A DNA stretch of 57,181 nt, taken from the NCBI GenBank assembly GCA_964642165.1, contig CAZXOC010000002.1:21241-78421 (forward strand). Reading direction: 5' to 3'. The position numbers and the translations under genes are program-made. The notes below the pieces were generated by a model. It was not told the origin of the DNA. It did no database searches and saw only the letters and a list, made by a program, of their open reading frames with translations. Below are positions 1 to 10,400 of the stretch, one piece after another (position 1 is the stretch's first letter; each line of letters starts with the position of its first letter). This stretch comes from an uncultured Planctomycetaceae bacterium (lineage in GTDB: Bacteria; Planctomycetota; Phycisphaerae; SM23-33).

Positions 1-674
1 AACAGCTCGAGCTTGCCGTCGGCGTTCTTCTTCGAGATGACCTCGGAGTAGGTCCGCGTCCGGACGTGCCCGTCGGCCATGATGAACGCGCAGCGCCCCT
101 GCTTCTCCTTCGCGACCTGATCGTAGCGCCTCATGTGCCCGCGAGGCCAGTCGCCGGGGGTGACCATCGCCTCGATGATGGCCGGCTCCTCGGTGATCCA
201 GGAGCAGTGGCCGACCAGCGCGGTGTTGGGGGGGTCCTTGATCTCGTACGGCGTGACGACCTTGTCGTCCTTGGTCAGCGTGTCGTTGAAGCCGTAGCCG
301 CAGTGGACCTTGCCCGCCAGCCCGCGGTCGGGGTCGCTGGGGCAGACGTACATATCCGGGCGCTTGTTGCCGTACTTGTAGACCTTGTTGCACCACCACT
401 TCGGCGTCGACTCGTCCCCCGGCAGCATGTCGTTGGCGTCGATGTTATGGTAGGTGACCGTCTGGATGTCGTTCATCGGCAGCTCGTCGTCGCAGCGGGA
501 GTAGTAGCCCTGGATGGCCTTATTGATCAGGTTGAGCTGGTTCTGGCACCTCGTCTCGTTCGCGAGGTCCTTCACCGTCACGAACGAGGGCATCATGGTG
601 CCCACCAGCAGGGCCATGATCCCCACGACCACCAGCAGCTCCACGAGCGTGAACGCCTGTGCCGAGCGATTCAT
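1..674 (-). CDS. Prepilin-type N-terminal cleavage/methylation domain protein (planctomycete DUF1559-like), 3' end beyond the window
   Basis: My translation from ATG at 674: MNRSAQAFTLVELLVVVGIMALLVGTMMP...YVCPSD...GHMRR...GRCAFIMADGHVR. GGAGGA lies 7 nt upstream. Open to the window edge, so absent from the ORF track. Confidence 0.88.
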   Translation of the reverse strand, partial: MNRSAQAFTLVELLVVVGIMALLVGTMMPSFVTVKDLANETRCQNQLNLINKAIQGYYSRCDDELPMNDIQTVTYHNIDANDMLPGDESTPKWWCNKVYKYGNKRPDMYVCPSDPDRGLAGKVHCGYGFNDTLTKDDKVVTPYEIKDPPNTALVGHCSWITEEPAIIEAMVTPGDWPRGHMRRYDQVAKEKQGRCAFIMADGHVRTRTYSEVISKKNADGKLEL

Positions 675-736
675 GCATATATCCTCCGCCTCCCGGCCTG
701 ACCGGGGGGAAGCAGCACTCGAACCACGTTACCTGC

Positions 737-765
737 ATTGTACCGGATGGCTCGCGCCCGGTCCA
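737..765 (-). promoter_or_regulatory. Putative sigma70-type promoter for the prepilin gene
   Basis: Minus strand TGGACC-N17-TACAAT, about 60 nt upstream of the ATG. Confidence 0.45.
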
Positions 766-809
766 GCGCCCGGGGCCGGCGTGCCCGCGCGCCGGGGCGT
801 AGAGACAAG

Positions 810-835
810 CGGCCGCGCTGCAGCCAGCGCGGCCG
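810..835 (-). terminator. Possible terminator hairpin downstream of rplU
   Basis: Perfect 11-bp inverted repeat CGGCCGCGCTG-cagc-CAGCGCGGCCG, followed on the minus strand by CTTGTCTCT (weak U-tract). A second long hairpin spans about 850-892. Confidence 0.4.
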
Positions 836-892
836 AGAGGTCCAGATCCCGCGCCCGCTCGCGGCGCGGCGAGCGACCCGAGCCCGGGCGCG

Positions 893-1210
893 TCACGCGA
901 CAATCTTCGTGACCCGCACCTGGATGTACTTCTGCCGGTGCCCCATCTTCCGGCGCGAGCTTTTCCGCCGGCGCCACCGATACACGTAAAGCTTGCGGCC
1001 CTTGACCTCGCCGGCGACGATCTCGCCGACGACCTTCGCGCCTTCCACCAGCGGCGTGCCGACGCGGACGTCGCCGTCGGCGCTCACCAGCAGGACCCGG
1101 TCGAACTCGATCTCCCCGGCGTCCTCGGGCAGGTCGCGCAGGTCCAGGTTCAGCACGTCACCCTCGGCGACCCGGAACTGCTGGCCGCTGTCCTCGATCA
1201 CTGCATACAC
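893..1210 (-). CDS. rplU: 50S ribosomal protein L21
   Basis: (V/M)YAVIEDSGQQFRVAEGD...RRKMGHRQKYIQVRVTKI. GTG start at 1210 with a GAGGAG RBS; 105 aa. Confidence 0.96.
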   Translation of the reverse strand: MYAVIEDSGQQFRVAEGDVLNLDLRDLPEDAGEIEFDRVLLVSADGDVRVGTPLVEGAKVVGEIVAGEVKGRKLYVYRWRRRKSSRRKMGHRQKYIQVRVTKIVA

Positions 1211-1242
1211 GGCTGTCTCCTCGCCTGGAAGCAAAGCATGGA

Positions 1243-1270
1243 ATTATCAACATCCCGGCGCCCGTGTCAA
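1243..1270 (-). promoter_or_regulatory. Putative sigma70 promoter of rplU
   Basis: Minus strand TTGACA-N16-GATAAT. Confidence 0.55.
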
Positions 1271-1326
1271 GCCCCCGCCCGCTCACCTGGCCGGCCCCCC
1301 GTCTCTGGGTGGGTACGGGCTTCGGC

Positions 1327-1355
1327 TTGGCGCTGCGGGCGGGCGGTGATAGGCT
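1327..1355 (+). promoter_or_regulatory. Putative promoter of the amidohydrolase gene
   Basis: TTGGCG-N17-TAGGCT with an extended -10 (TGn). Confidence 0.45.
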
Positions 1356-1388
1356 CCCCTCGGCCCGGCAGCAGAAAGGGCGACCCCC

Positions 1389-2153
1389 ATGATCATCGAT
1401 GCCGACTGCCACATCTCGCCGACGCCCGAAGGCGGCAACAGCATCACCACCGACGAGCTCCTGCGGCGGATGGACCGCGCCGGCGTGGACAAGGCCGTCG
1501 CGTGGCTCCAGCCACCCTACCGCCGCGAGGTCGATCCCGCCAACGCCTACGTCCACCAGGCCATGCGCGACCACGGCGACCGCGTCCTGGGCTTCGGCTG
1601 GGCCGACCCCAACCTCGGCGTCGACGCCGCCAAGGCCACCGTCCGCCGCTGCGTGGAGGACTTCGGGCTCTACGGCGTGAAACTCAACGGCGCCCAGAAC
1701 AGCTTCTACATCGACTCGCCGGAGCTGTCGATCCCCGTGATCGAGGAGATCGCCCGGGCCGGCTGCCTGCTGGCCTTCCACGTCGGCGCCGACGCCTACG
1801 AGCACACGCACCCCTTCCGCGTGGGTAAGATCGCCCGGCAGTTCCCCGAGACGACCATCCTCGCCGTGCACATGGGCGGGGCGTCGTTCCACGACCTGTC
1901 CGACGCGATGATCGAGGTCGCCGCCGACTGCCCCAACCTCCACCTCATCGGCAGCGGGGTCCGGGTGATCCCCGTCCTCAAGGCCATCCGCACCCTCGGG
2001 GCCGATCGCGTCAGCTTCGGCAGCGACACGCCCTTCGAGCTGATGTGGGTCGAGCGGGCCAAGTACGATGCCCTGCTCGACGGCGAGGTCGCGGACGAGG
2101 ACAGGGCCAGGATCATGGGCGGCAACATCGCGCGGCTGTTCGGCCTGGCGTAG
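1389..2153 (+). CDS. Amidohydrolase family protein (Amidohydro_2-like TIM barrel)
   Basis: MIIDADCH, LAFHVG, AVHMGG and FGSDTPF motifs; ends GGNIARLFG. Confidence 0.88.
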   Translation: MIIDADCHISPTPEGGNSITTDELLRRMDRAGVDKAVAWLQPPYRREVDPANAYVHQAMRDHGDRVLGFGWADPNLGVDAAKATVRRCVEDFGLYGVKLNGAQNSFYIDSPELSIPVIEEIARAGCLLAFHVGADAYEHTHPFRVGKIARQFPETTILAVHMGGASFHDLSDAMIEVAADCPNLHLIGSGVRVIPVLKAIRTLGADRVSFGSDTPFELMWVERAKYDALLDGEVADEDRARIMGGNIARLFGLA

Positions 2154-2229
2154 GGCAGGCTGCCGCCGGGGGAGAACACCGAAGCCGCCGTCAGGCCAGC
2201 CGCCGCCGATGCAACCGTCCCGGCCGGGC

Positions 2230-3609
2230 CTACCCCAGCGCGTCACGCAGGTTCCGGAGGAACGCCGCGGCGGCCAGGCACCCGCCGTGGAACTGCGACA
2301 GGCGGAATCGCTCGTTGGGGCTGTGGATGCGGTCGTCCGGCAGGCCGAAGCCCAGCAGCACGGCGTCCAGCCCCAGCAGGCGCTGGATCACCTCCGTCAC
2401 CGGCACGGACGCCCCGCAGCGAATCATGGCCGGGGCGCGGCCGAACGCCTCGGCCATCGCGGCGCGCCCGGCGTCCATCGCGGGCGAGTCCAGCGGCAGC
2501 AGCACCGGACGGGCCTCGGCGTTGACGTGCACCTCGGCCGTCACGCCCGGCGGCGTGTGAGCGGCAACGAACTCCCGAAAGCCCGCCACGACCTTCGCCG
2601 GGTCCTGGTCGGGCACCAGCCGCATCGAGATCTTCGCGCTCGCCGAAGCCGGGATGATCGTCTTGGAGCCCTTGTCCGTGTAGCCGCCGACGATGCCGTT
2701 GGCGTCGAGCGTGGGACGCCCCCAGCGCCGCTCCAGCACGGGGAGGCCCTTCTCGCCGGCGCCGAGGGCCCCGACGCCCAGCGACCGGGCGTACTCGCTT
2801 TCGTCGAAGGGCAGCTTGTCCCACTCGGCCCGCTCGGCGTCGGACGTCGGCCGCACGTCATCGTAAAAGCCGGGGACGGTCACGCGACCATCGGCATCGT
2901 GCATCTCGGCCAGCATCCGCGCCAGGGCGTTGATGGGGTTCGTGACCGCCCCGCCATGCAGGCCGCTGTGGATGTCGGCCGACGGCCCGTGAAGGCGCAC
3001 CTCCACGTAGGCCAGCCCGCGCAGGGCGTAGGTGATGCTCGGCACGTCGGGGGCGAAGAACTCCGTGTCGCTGATGACCGCTGCGTCGGCGGCGAGCATT
3101 TCGGCGTGCTCGGCCAGGAAGCCCTCCAGGTGCGGCGAGCCGATCTCCTCCTCGCCCTCGGCGAAGAGCTTGAGGTTGACGGGCAGGGCGTCCCCGGCCT
3201 GCCGGAAGGCCTCGATGGCCGCCAGGTGGGCCATCAGCGGGCCCTTGTCGTCGCTGGCGCCGCGCGCGAAGAGGCTCTCGTCCCGGACGACCGGCTCGAA
3301 CGGGTCGCTGTGCCACTGCTCCAGCGGGTCGGGCGGCTGGACGTCGTAGTGCCCGTAGACCAGCAGCGTCGGGGCCGTGTCGTCGACGTGGGCCCGGGCC
3401 AGCACGTTCGGCGGCCCGCCGCCCTCGGCCACCTGCGCCTCCAGGCCCAGCTCCTCCAGGCGCTCGGCGAGCCACTCGGCACAGCGCCGGCAGTCGTCCG
3501 GGCGCGTATTGGCGACGCTGGGGATGCGGAGGAACTCCATCAGCCTCGCCAAGTGTTCCTCGCGGTGCGCTTCCAGGTACTCGACGACGGATCTTCGCAG
3601 CATGGCCAT
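2230..3609 (-). CDS. M20/M25/M40 family metallo-dipeptidase (ArgE/DapE-like)
   Basis: VYGHYDVQP, RGASDDKG, EGEEEIGS and IHSPNE metal-binding motifs. Start at 3609 or 3603. Confidence 0.92.
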   Translation of the reverse strand: MAMLRRSVVEYLEAHREEHLARLMEFLRIPSVANTRPDDCRRCAEWLAERLEELGLEAQVAEGGGPPNVLARAHVDDTAPTLLVYGHYDVQPPDPLEQWHSDPFEPVVRDESLFARGASDDKGPLMAHLAAIEAFRQAGDALPVNLKLFAEGEEEIGSPHLEGFLAEHAEMLAADAAVISDTEFFAPDVPSITYALRGLAYVEVRLHGPSADIHSGLHGGAVTNPINALARMLAEMHDADGRVTVPGFYDDVRPTSDAERAEWDKLPFDESEYARSLGVGALGAGEKGLPVLERRWGRPTLDANGIVGGYTDKGSKTIIPASASAKISMRLVPDQDPAKVVAGFREFVAAHTPPGVTAEVHVNAEARPVLLPLDSPAMDAGRAAMAEAFGRAPAMIRCGASVPVTEVIQRLLGLDAVLLGFGLPDDRIHSPNERFRLSQFHGGCLAAAAFLRNLRDALG

Positions 3610-3669
3610 GTCTCACTGCATTCGCTTCGCCCGTTGGGCGGTCTTCCTGACCCACGTGCCCTCCACCTG

Positions 3670-3858
3670 CTACTCCCATCGCGTGCGGAGGAATTCCGGA
3701 ACCGTCACGGCCCCGTCGCTGTTGGCGTCGAGGCGGCGGAAGATCCGCTTGTACGCCCCGGTCTGGTCCGTGTGGTCCGGCTTGCGGGCATTCCCCGCCG
3801 ACAGGGCCGCGAGGCACGCCGCCGCCGGGAAAGCCGCCGCTGGCAAAACTCTCTGCAT
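3670..3858 (-). CDS. Small putative secreted protein with a single EF-hand (62 aa)
   Basis: GGAG RBS 7 nt before ATG; hydrophobic Ala-rich N-terminus; canonical loop DANSDGAVTVPE preceded by helix YKRIFRRL; fits cleanly between its neighbours. Confidence 0.65.
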   Translation of the reverse strand: MQRVLPAAAFPAAACLAALSAGNARKPDHTDQTGAYKRIFRRLDANSDGAVTVPEFLRTRWE

Positions 3859-3910
3859 GTCTGTCTCCGTGCCGAAGGGTCGATGGGCGGACCCCGCCTT
3901 CGGGACGCCG

Positions 3911-5368
3911 TCACCCGCGCCGCTGGATGACCGGCTGCTTCTCGCCGGCGGCAGTCATGCGGCGCTTCAGGAGCGCCGCAAGCTCCGCGCGCACCGCCGC
4001 GTGCGCCGGGCTGGCGACCAGGTTCGCCCGCTCGTGCGGGTCCTTCTCCAGGTCGTAAAGGAACGCCTCTGCGTAGACGTCACTGTCGCGAGTGCCGAGC
4101 CGGGCCTTCCCCCTCGGCGCCACGACGCCGTACTTCCACTTCTTCGTCCGAACCGCGCGGCCGCAACTGCTCTCGCTGATCTGGACGAACACCTCCTGCG
4201 GCCAGTCCCGGGCCGTACCGTCCACGAGGCCCTGGAGCGGGCGGCCGCGAAGGGGCGCCGGCCGCTTCGCCCCGGCGGCGGCGAGGACGGTCGGCGTCAG
4301 ATCGATCAGGCTGACCAGCTCGTCGATGACCTTCCCCCCGGTGAACCCCGGCCCGCGGACGATCAGGGGCGTCCGGATGGAGTTGTCGTGGCAGGAGCGT
4401 TTGTACTCGCCGTTGCGGGTCCGGAAGTGGCAGCCGTGGTCGGCCGTGTAGATGACCAGCGTGTTATCGGCCAGGCCCAGGCGCTTCAGTTCGGCGCGCA
4501 TGCGGCCGACGTTCTCGTCCAGGCTGTGGCAGCAGCCGAGGTAGTCGGGCAGCTCCCGGCGCCAGTCGCCCTTCGTGCCGGCCAGGTCGCCGGGCACGGT
4601 GAAGTCCCGGAAGCGTTGCTTGGAGCCGCGTGGGCCCTCGAAGTGGCGGTGGTCGTTCTGATGATGCGGCTCGATGTAGGAGACGAACAGGAAGAAAGGC
4701 TTCGCGCCGGCGCCCGCGGCCTTGCGCGACCGCAGGTATTCCAGCACCCAGTCGGTCTGGGCGTCGACGCGGTATCGGCCTTTGGGGAACTCGCGTTTAC
4801 GGCCGTCGGCGTCGAACATGTGGCCGTCATAGGCATGCGACGTGAACTCCAGCACGTCGGAGGCGAGCCAGAAATCCCGATAGCCGCCCCGGCGCTCGGG
4901 GGGCACCGGCTTCGTTCGGCAGTTGAACGGCTCGACGCCGGGGATGCGCCCCCCGTCCGACGCGAGGTGCCACTTCCCGACGTATCCCACGTCGTAGCCG
5001 GCCTCGCTCAGCCGGTGCGCCATGGTCCTCTCGGTACGGGGCAGCGCAATACCGTTGCGGAAGCACGTGGTTTCCGTAGCGTACTTGCCGGTCTGCAGCG
5101 CCGCCCGCGCCGGGCCGCACACCGGCTGACAAGTGAAGGAGTGGTGGAACCGCACGCCCTCGGCGGCCATGCGGTCGAGGTTCGGCGTCAGCCCCGGGAA
5201 GACCGGCGAGCCATAGCACCCCACCGTGTCCCAACGCTGCTGGTCGCTGAACAGCAGCAGGATGTTCGGGCGGCGCTCCGCGCCACCGGCGGCCGCGCCG
5301 GCCGGCTCGCCCATCGTCATCGCCGCGGCACCCAGACCGGCGGCCTTCAGGAACTTGCGTCGTCGCAT
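3911..5368 (-). CDS. Cys-type sulfatase with Tat signal peptide
   Basis: MRRRKFLK Tat motif, NILLLFSDQQR, CGPARAALQTG (CxPxR), GKWHL, YTADHG. Start moved to the ATG at 5368. Confidence 0.93.
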   Translation of the reverse strand: MRRRKFLKAAGLGAAAMTMGEPAGAAAGGAERRPNILLLFSDQQRWDTVGCYGSPVFPGLTPNLDRMAAEGVRFHHSFTCQPVCGPARAALQTGKYATETTCFRNGIALPRTERTMAHRLSEAGYDVGYVGKWHLASDGGRIPGVEPFNCRTKPVPPERRGGYRDFWLASDVLEFTSHAYDGHMFDADGRKREFPKGRYRVDAQTDWVLEYLRSRKAAGAGAKPFFLFVSYIEPHHQNDHRHFEGPRGSKQRFRDFTVPGDLAGTKGDWRRELPDYLGCCHSLDENVGRMRAELKRLGLADNTLVIYTADHGCHFRTRNGEYKRSCHDNSIRTPLIVRGPGFTGGKVIDELVSLIDLTPTVLAAAGAKRPAPLRGRPLQGLVDGTARDWPQEVFVQISESSCGRAVRTKKWKYGVVAPRGKARLGTRDSDVYAEAFLYDLEKDPHERANLVASPAHAAVRAELAALLKRRMTAAGEKQPVIQRRG

Positions 5369-5537
5369 GGCATCCACTCCGCAGACGGCCTTCCTCGTCC
5401 GCCGCGCCATCGAACCTCGGAGCCCCGTACCCTACCCGTGCGGGGGCGGGGCATCACGTCGCCGCCGGCGCCGGCAGGCGAACCTCGAGCGGCGGAAGCT
5501 CCAACTCGCCTTCCCAGGGGTCGGCCGGGCGCCCCCC

Positions 5538-7295
5538 CTATCCGCCCAGGTACTTCACGTACACGTAGAACGCCCCGCTGCTCTTGCCGTCCTCGCCGGT
5601 GAACCAGGTCTGGAGCTTCGCCTTGCCGGCGGGGAGCTTCACGCGAAGGACGGCTTCCTTCGCGCCGGCGGCGACGGCGACGGTCTCGTCCACCCGGCCG
5701 ATCTTCAGCCGCGCCTTCGTCGCGGGGAGGAACTTCTCGCGAATGGGCAAGTCGGCCTCCTTCGGCCAGCGGCGCAGAGCGAACTCATACGTCCCGGCGC
5801 GGGCGACCTCGACGGCCCAGAGGCCGTTGGCGGCCCGGCCGCCGCGGATCGCGCCCTGGTTCCACGGCACGGATCGCCCGTGCCAGTCGTGGCAGGTGAT
5901 GCAGACGGGGTCCTCGTGCTGAGAGCCGAGGATCGTCTCGCAGTACTCGCCAAAGCGCTTCGAGACGCCCGCCCACCACTTCTCGTACTCGGCGCGAAGG
6001 CGCTGCACCACCTTGGGGTTGGCGTCGGCGACGTTGGTCTTCTGGCCGGGGTCGGCCTGCATGTCGTGGAGTTCCTTGCCGTTGACCAGGCGCCAGCGGT
6101 CGGTCATGACGGCGCTCTTGCGCCACTTCTCCGGGTGATCGATGCGCTGGGAGTCGGTCACGAGCACGCGGTCGGGCCAGCGGGCGTCCGCCTTCCGCAG
6201 CAGCGGCGCGAGGCTCGCGCCGTCCAGCGTCACGTTCGGCGGTGCCTTCAGCCCGCACAGCTCGATCAGCGTCGGCAGGAGGTCGACGTGGGCGGTGACG
6301 CGGCCGACGTCGCGCCCGGGCTTCATTCCCCCGCCCGGCCAGCGCAGGAAGCACGGCACGCGGTGCCCGCCGTCGTACTCGCTGCCCTTCGTGCCTCGCA
6401 TGCCGGCGTTGAAGCCCTTCCCGCGCCGGAAGCCCCCCGCCGTGCCGTTGTCCGTCATGAAGATCAGCACCGTGTCTCCGGCGACGCCCAGCTTGTCGAG
6501 CTGCTTCATCAACCGGCCCATGTTGTCGTCGATGTTCGTGATCATGCCGTAGAAGTTGGCGTTCGGCACGTTCGCCTTGCCCTGGTACATCGCGACGTAC
6601 TTCTGGGGGCAGCGGTACGGCCCGTGCGGGGCGTTCGTGGTGAGGTAGCAGAAGAACGGCCGGCCCGCCTTGGCGCTGGCGGCGACGAACTCCATGGCCT
6701 TGTCGAACCACACGTCCGTGCAGTAGCCCTTGCAGGGCACGGGCTTGCCGTTGTGGAAGTACGTGTCGTCGAAGTAGTCGTTGCCCCAGTAGTCGGGGGT
6801 CTGCCCGACGCCCCCGCCGCCGTGGCACCAGACCTCGTCGAAGCCGCGGAACCGCGGGCTGAACGGGTAGTTGTCGCCCAGGTGCCATTTGCCGAACTGC
6901 CCCGTCCGGTAGCCGCCCCCCCGGAAGACGTCGGCCATGGTCACCTCGTCCTTCCGCAGGAGCGACCGGCCCATGATCGTGTGCCAGACGCCCGTGCGGT
7001 TGCAGTAGCGCCCGGTCATCAGCGCCGCGCGCGTCGGGGCGCACGTCGGGCCGACGTGGAAGTTCGTCAGCCGCGTGCTCTGGGCGTGCAGCCGGTCCAG
7101 GTTCGGCGTGCGGATCACCGCGTTGCCGTGGCAGCCCAGATCGCCGTAGCCCTGGTCGTCGGTGATGACCAGGATCACGTTGGGCCTGCCGGTGGCCGGC
7201 GCCTTGCCCGCCAGCAGCCGCGGCGCCGCCAGGGCGGCCGTGCCGAAGCTCATCGCCTTCAGGAAACCGCGACGCGTCGTTCGTCTTGTGCGCAT
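5538..7295 (-). CDS. Arylsulfatase (Cys-type) with Tat signal and C-terminal beta domain
   Basis: TRRGFLK Tat motif, NVILVITDDQG, CAPTRAALMTG, GKWHLG, FMTDNG, KGSEYDGGHRVP. Confidence 0.94.
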   Translation of the reverse strand: MRTRRTTRRGFLKAMSFGTAALAAPRLLAGKAPATGRPNVILVITDDQGYGDLGCHGNAVIRTPNLDRLHAQSTRLTNFHVGPTCAPTRAALMTGRYCNRTGVWHTIMGRSLLRKDEVTMADVFRGGGYRTGQFGKWHLGDNYPFSPRFRGFDEVWCHGGGGVGQTPDYWGNDYFDDTYFHNGKPVPCKGYCTDVWFDKAMEFVAASAKAGRPFFCYLTTNAPHGPYRCPQKYVAMYQGKANVPNANFYGMITNIDDNMGRLMKQLDKLGVAGDTVLIFMTDNGTAGGFRRGKGFNAGMRGTKGSEYDGGHRVPCFLRWPGGGMKPGRDVGRVTAHVDLLPTLIELCGLKAPPNVTLDGASLAPLLRKADARWPDRVLVTDSQRIDHPEKWRKSAVMTDRWRLVNGKELHDMQADPGQKTNVADANPKVVQRLRAEYEKWWAGVSKRFGEYCETILGSQHEDPVCITCHDWHGRSVPWNQGAIRGGRAANGLWAVEVARAGTYEFALRRWPKEADLPIREKFLPATKARLKIGRVDETVAVAAGAKEAVLRVKLPAGKAKLQTWFTGEDGKSSGAFYVYVKYLGG

Positions 7296-7335
7296 AGTGC
7301 TTTGCCCTCACCCGTACTGGAAAGCGACACCGCAG

Positions 7336-7365
7336 AGGGTAAGATGCCGGAGGTCCGCCTGGCAA
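7336..7365 (-). promoter_or_regulatory. Putative promoter for the sulfatase pair, overlapping a possible plus-strand -10
   Basis: Minus strand TTGCCA-N18-TACCCT. A plus-strand TAAGAT at 7340-7345 overlaps it in the divergent gap. Confidence 0.4.
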
Positions 7366-7420
7366 GGGCCAACCGCTCGCCGCCGCGCGGCGACGGCGGG
7401 CCCATCGGGAGCCATCGCCG

Positions 7421-10400
7421 ATGATCGAGGCACGTACCGGCTGCGGCGCACGGGTCCTGCGGCTGCTCGTCCTGCTCCCGCTGCTGGGCCCCCTTGTCCA
7501 CGGGTGCGTGCGGGAGGACGCCGCCATGCCGAAGGCTCCGACACCCGACGCCGATGCGCCGCCGGCCCTCCTGCGCGTGCCGGCGTGCGCGCCGGCGAGA
7601 CCGATCCTGCTCGACGGCACCGGGCGCGACAACGTCTGGGCGCGGGCCGCCGAATGGCCCTCTCCGCGCCTCGCGCCCCCGTACGCCTGCGAGCCGACGA
7701 TGCCCTCGCGAGCCGCCGTCGTCCGGGCCGGCCGCTGGCTGCTGTTCGGCCTCGACGCCCACGAGGCCGACGGCATCGTCGCACGCCAGGTAGCCCACGG
7801 CGTCGATCTCTGGCACGAGGACGCCTTCGTCGTGACGCTCGGCGGCTCCGCATCGCTCGAGGTGGTCGCCAATCCACTCGGCGCCGTCTGCTGCTACCGC
7901 GGCGGCAAGCGGACGATGGAACCGATCGCGGATCGCGCCGTGCGGGCAGCCGCGCGGGTCCGCCGGGACGCCTGGCGCGTCGAGCTGGCCGTCGACCTCC
8001 GCCAGGTGCCCGTCGCCGACGCCGGCACGCTGCGCTGTCGCCTCTCGCGCCAGCGCCAGGCCCGCGGCCTGACGCCCTTCGAGGAGACGGCAGCGCCGCC
8101 GGTCGCGCTGTCGCTCGGACCCGGCGAAGACGGACCCGCGGAGGTCCGCCTGGACGTCCCGGCGCCGCAGCGCTTCGCGGGCCGCGCCGCCCTGGAAACC
8201 GCCCTGGCGAACGAGCCGCCCACCTCGGCGGAGGACTGGGCGAGGATGCCCGCGTGCCTGCTGCGGCACGAGAGCGGCCGGGGCGCCCTGCCGGCGGACT
8301 TCCAGCCGACCGAGGTCCGCGCCTGCGCCGCCGCCGGCGCCCTGCTCCTGCACATCCGCTGCCTGGAACGCCACGCGGCGACGATCGCCGATGCCGGCGA
8401 GGCGCTGTGGGCCGAGGACAGCGTCGAGGTCTTCCTCGGGCCGGAGGGCTTCAACTACCTCCAGGTGGCCGCCAACCCCAACGGCGTGCTGAAGGCGGCG
8501 ACGGGCAAGACCGGCGGGCGACGCATCCGCCCGGCGGAGCCGCCCAAGGGCGTCACCGTCCGCGCCGAGAGGACGACCAGGGCGTGGACGCTCCGACTGG
8601 CGATCCCGCTGCCCGCCGTCGCGAAGCTCGTCGGCGCCCCGGCGGACTGCCTGCCGCCGGCCTGGCCGTGGCGCGTGCAGATCGTCCGCAACCGCCCGGC
8701 GCGCGACGCGCTGGGGCAGGGGGCCCAGTGCTCCGTCCTGAACGTCACGCACAGCGGCAACGCGCACTGTCCGGCGCGGTTCGGCGCATTGCGGCTGGTT
8801 CGTCCGACCGGCCGGCGCATCGCGGCGCCCCGTCCACGCGAGGTCGAGCTGCCGCCGCCCGTTCTCGACGCCGCGGCGCGGAAGCGACGGCGCCCCCACA
8901 CGCTCGTGCGACGATGGCTCGACGCGCGGAGCCGGAAGCTCCATGCCGCCAGCGAAGAGGCGTTCGCGAAGATCCACGACGCCGACGGCTGGCGGGCCTA
9001 CGCCGGACCGCTCCGCGATCGCTTGTGGAAGTCCATGTTCCCCTCTGCAGCGGGGCACCTGGCGCAGGCCCGGGGCGAGCTGAACGCCCGGATCGTCTAC
9101 GACCTGCCCGGCGAGGGCTACCGCTGCCGGGGGCTGATCTTCGAGTCGCGCGGCGGCCTGCCCGTGCCGGCGACGCTCTACGTGCCCGCGGGCGCCTCCC
9201 GTCGCCCCCGCGAAAAGCGCCCCGCGCTGATCATGATCCCCGCGCACCACACGGGGCGAAACTCGCGCGACCTGGCGATCCTGGGGGCGAACTTCGCCCG
9301 GGCGGGCGGCGTGGCGGTGGCGATGGAGTCGATCGGCTCGGGCGAGCGCGGCATCGGGGCGCCCTGGGCGCACAAGAACCACCAGCGCTGCGTCGCGGGC
9401 GTGCAGGCTCACCTCGCGGGCGACAACCTCGCCGGCTGGACCGCCTTCGACATCTCCCGCGCGGTGGACTACCTGCTGCTCGAGCGCGACGACGTCGCCG
9501 CGTCGCCGCGGCGGATCGCGCTGGTCGGCGGCGTCGCCGGCGGCGGGGACGTCAGCGCCGTCGCCGCGGCGCTCGACGACCGCATCGCCGTGTCCATCCC
9601 CTTCAACTTCTCCGCGACCGGGCCGATGGACGCCTGGTACGACCCGCTGCGGAGCACCTACGGCGCCCATGCCAGCGGGCTGTCGGCGTGGAAGGTCGCG
9701 GCGCTGGCCGCCCCACGATGCCTGGCCCAGGCCCAGGAGTTCGCCTGGACGCCCGCCGAGCAGAGCCGCCACGAGCGCTTCGAGCGCCTCTACGGCTGGC
9801 TCGGCGCGCCGGGAAACCTGGCGAAGCTCCACGGCGGGCCGAACACCCACGCGACGCACTTCAACTGGATGCACCGCATCCCGATGTACCGGCTGCTGAA
9901 CCGCTGGCTCGGCATGAAGCTCCCGACGCGCCGCGAGGACGAGCTCACGGACGTGGTTCCCCCGGGCCGTCTCGACTGCTTCGACAAGCCGCTCGGCAGG
10001 AAGCACCTCCGCGAGCTGCGGCGTGCCCGGCGGCTGATCCAGCCGCACGAGCTGGCCGCGAAGACGGCCGGGCAGCGCCTCGCGTATGCCCGCAGGGACT
10101 GCCGCCTGGAAGCCAGGCGCCGTGGGGCGGCCCCCGCCCAGGTGCTGGCCGACCGCCTCACCCGCCTGCTGGGCGATACGACGCCTGCGCCGGCCGCGCC
10201 CGTCCACACGCGCGACCTCGGCACGTGGCACGGGGCGGAGGTGCGCGGCCTCTGGCTGCCAACCGAAGGCGATGCCGAGGGTCCCGGCGCGGCGGCCTGG
10301 CTGCTCCTCCCGAAGGCCAGGGCCGCACGCCCGGCCGTGATCGGCGTCTGTCAGTCGGGCAAGCGGCGTTTCCTCGCTCGGCGGGCGAGGGACGTGCAGC

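Noticed and set aside
696-716. GGAAGCAGC resembling SRP RNA helix 8
   Set aside because: The matching CAGG-stem-GNRA half and the long enclosing helix are absent.
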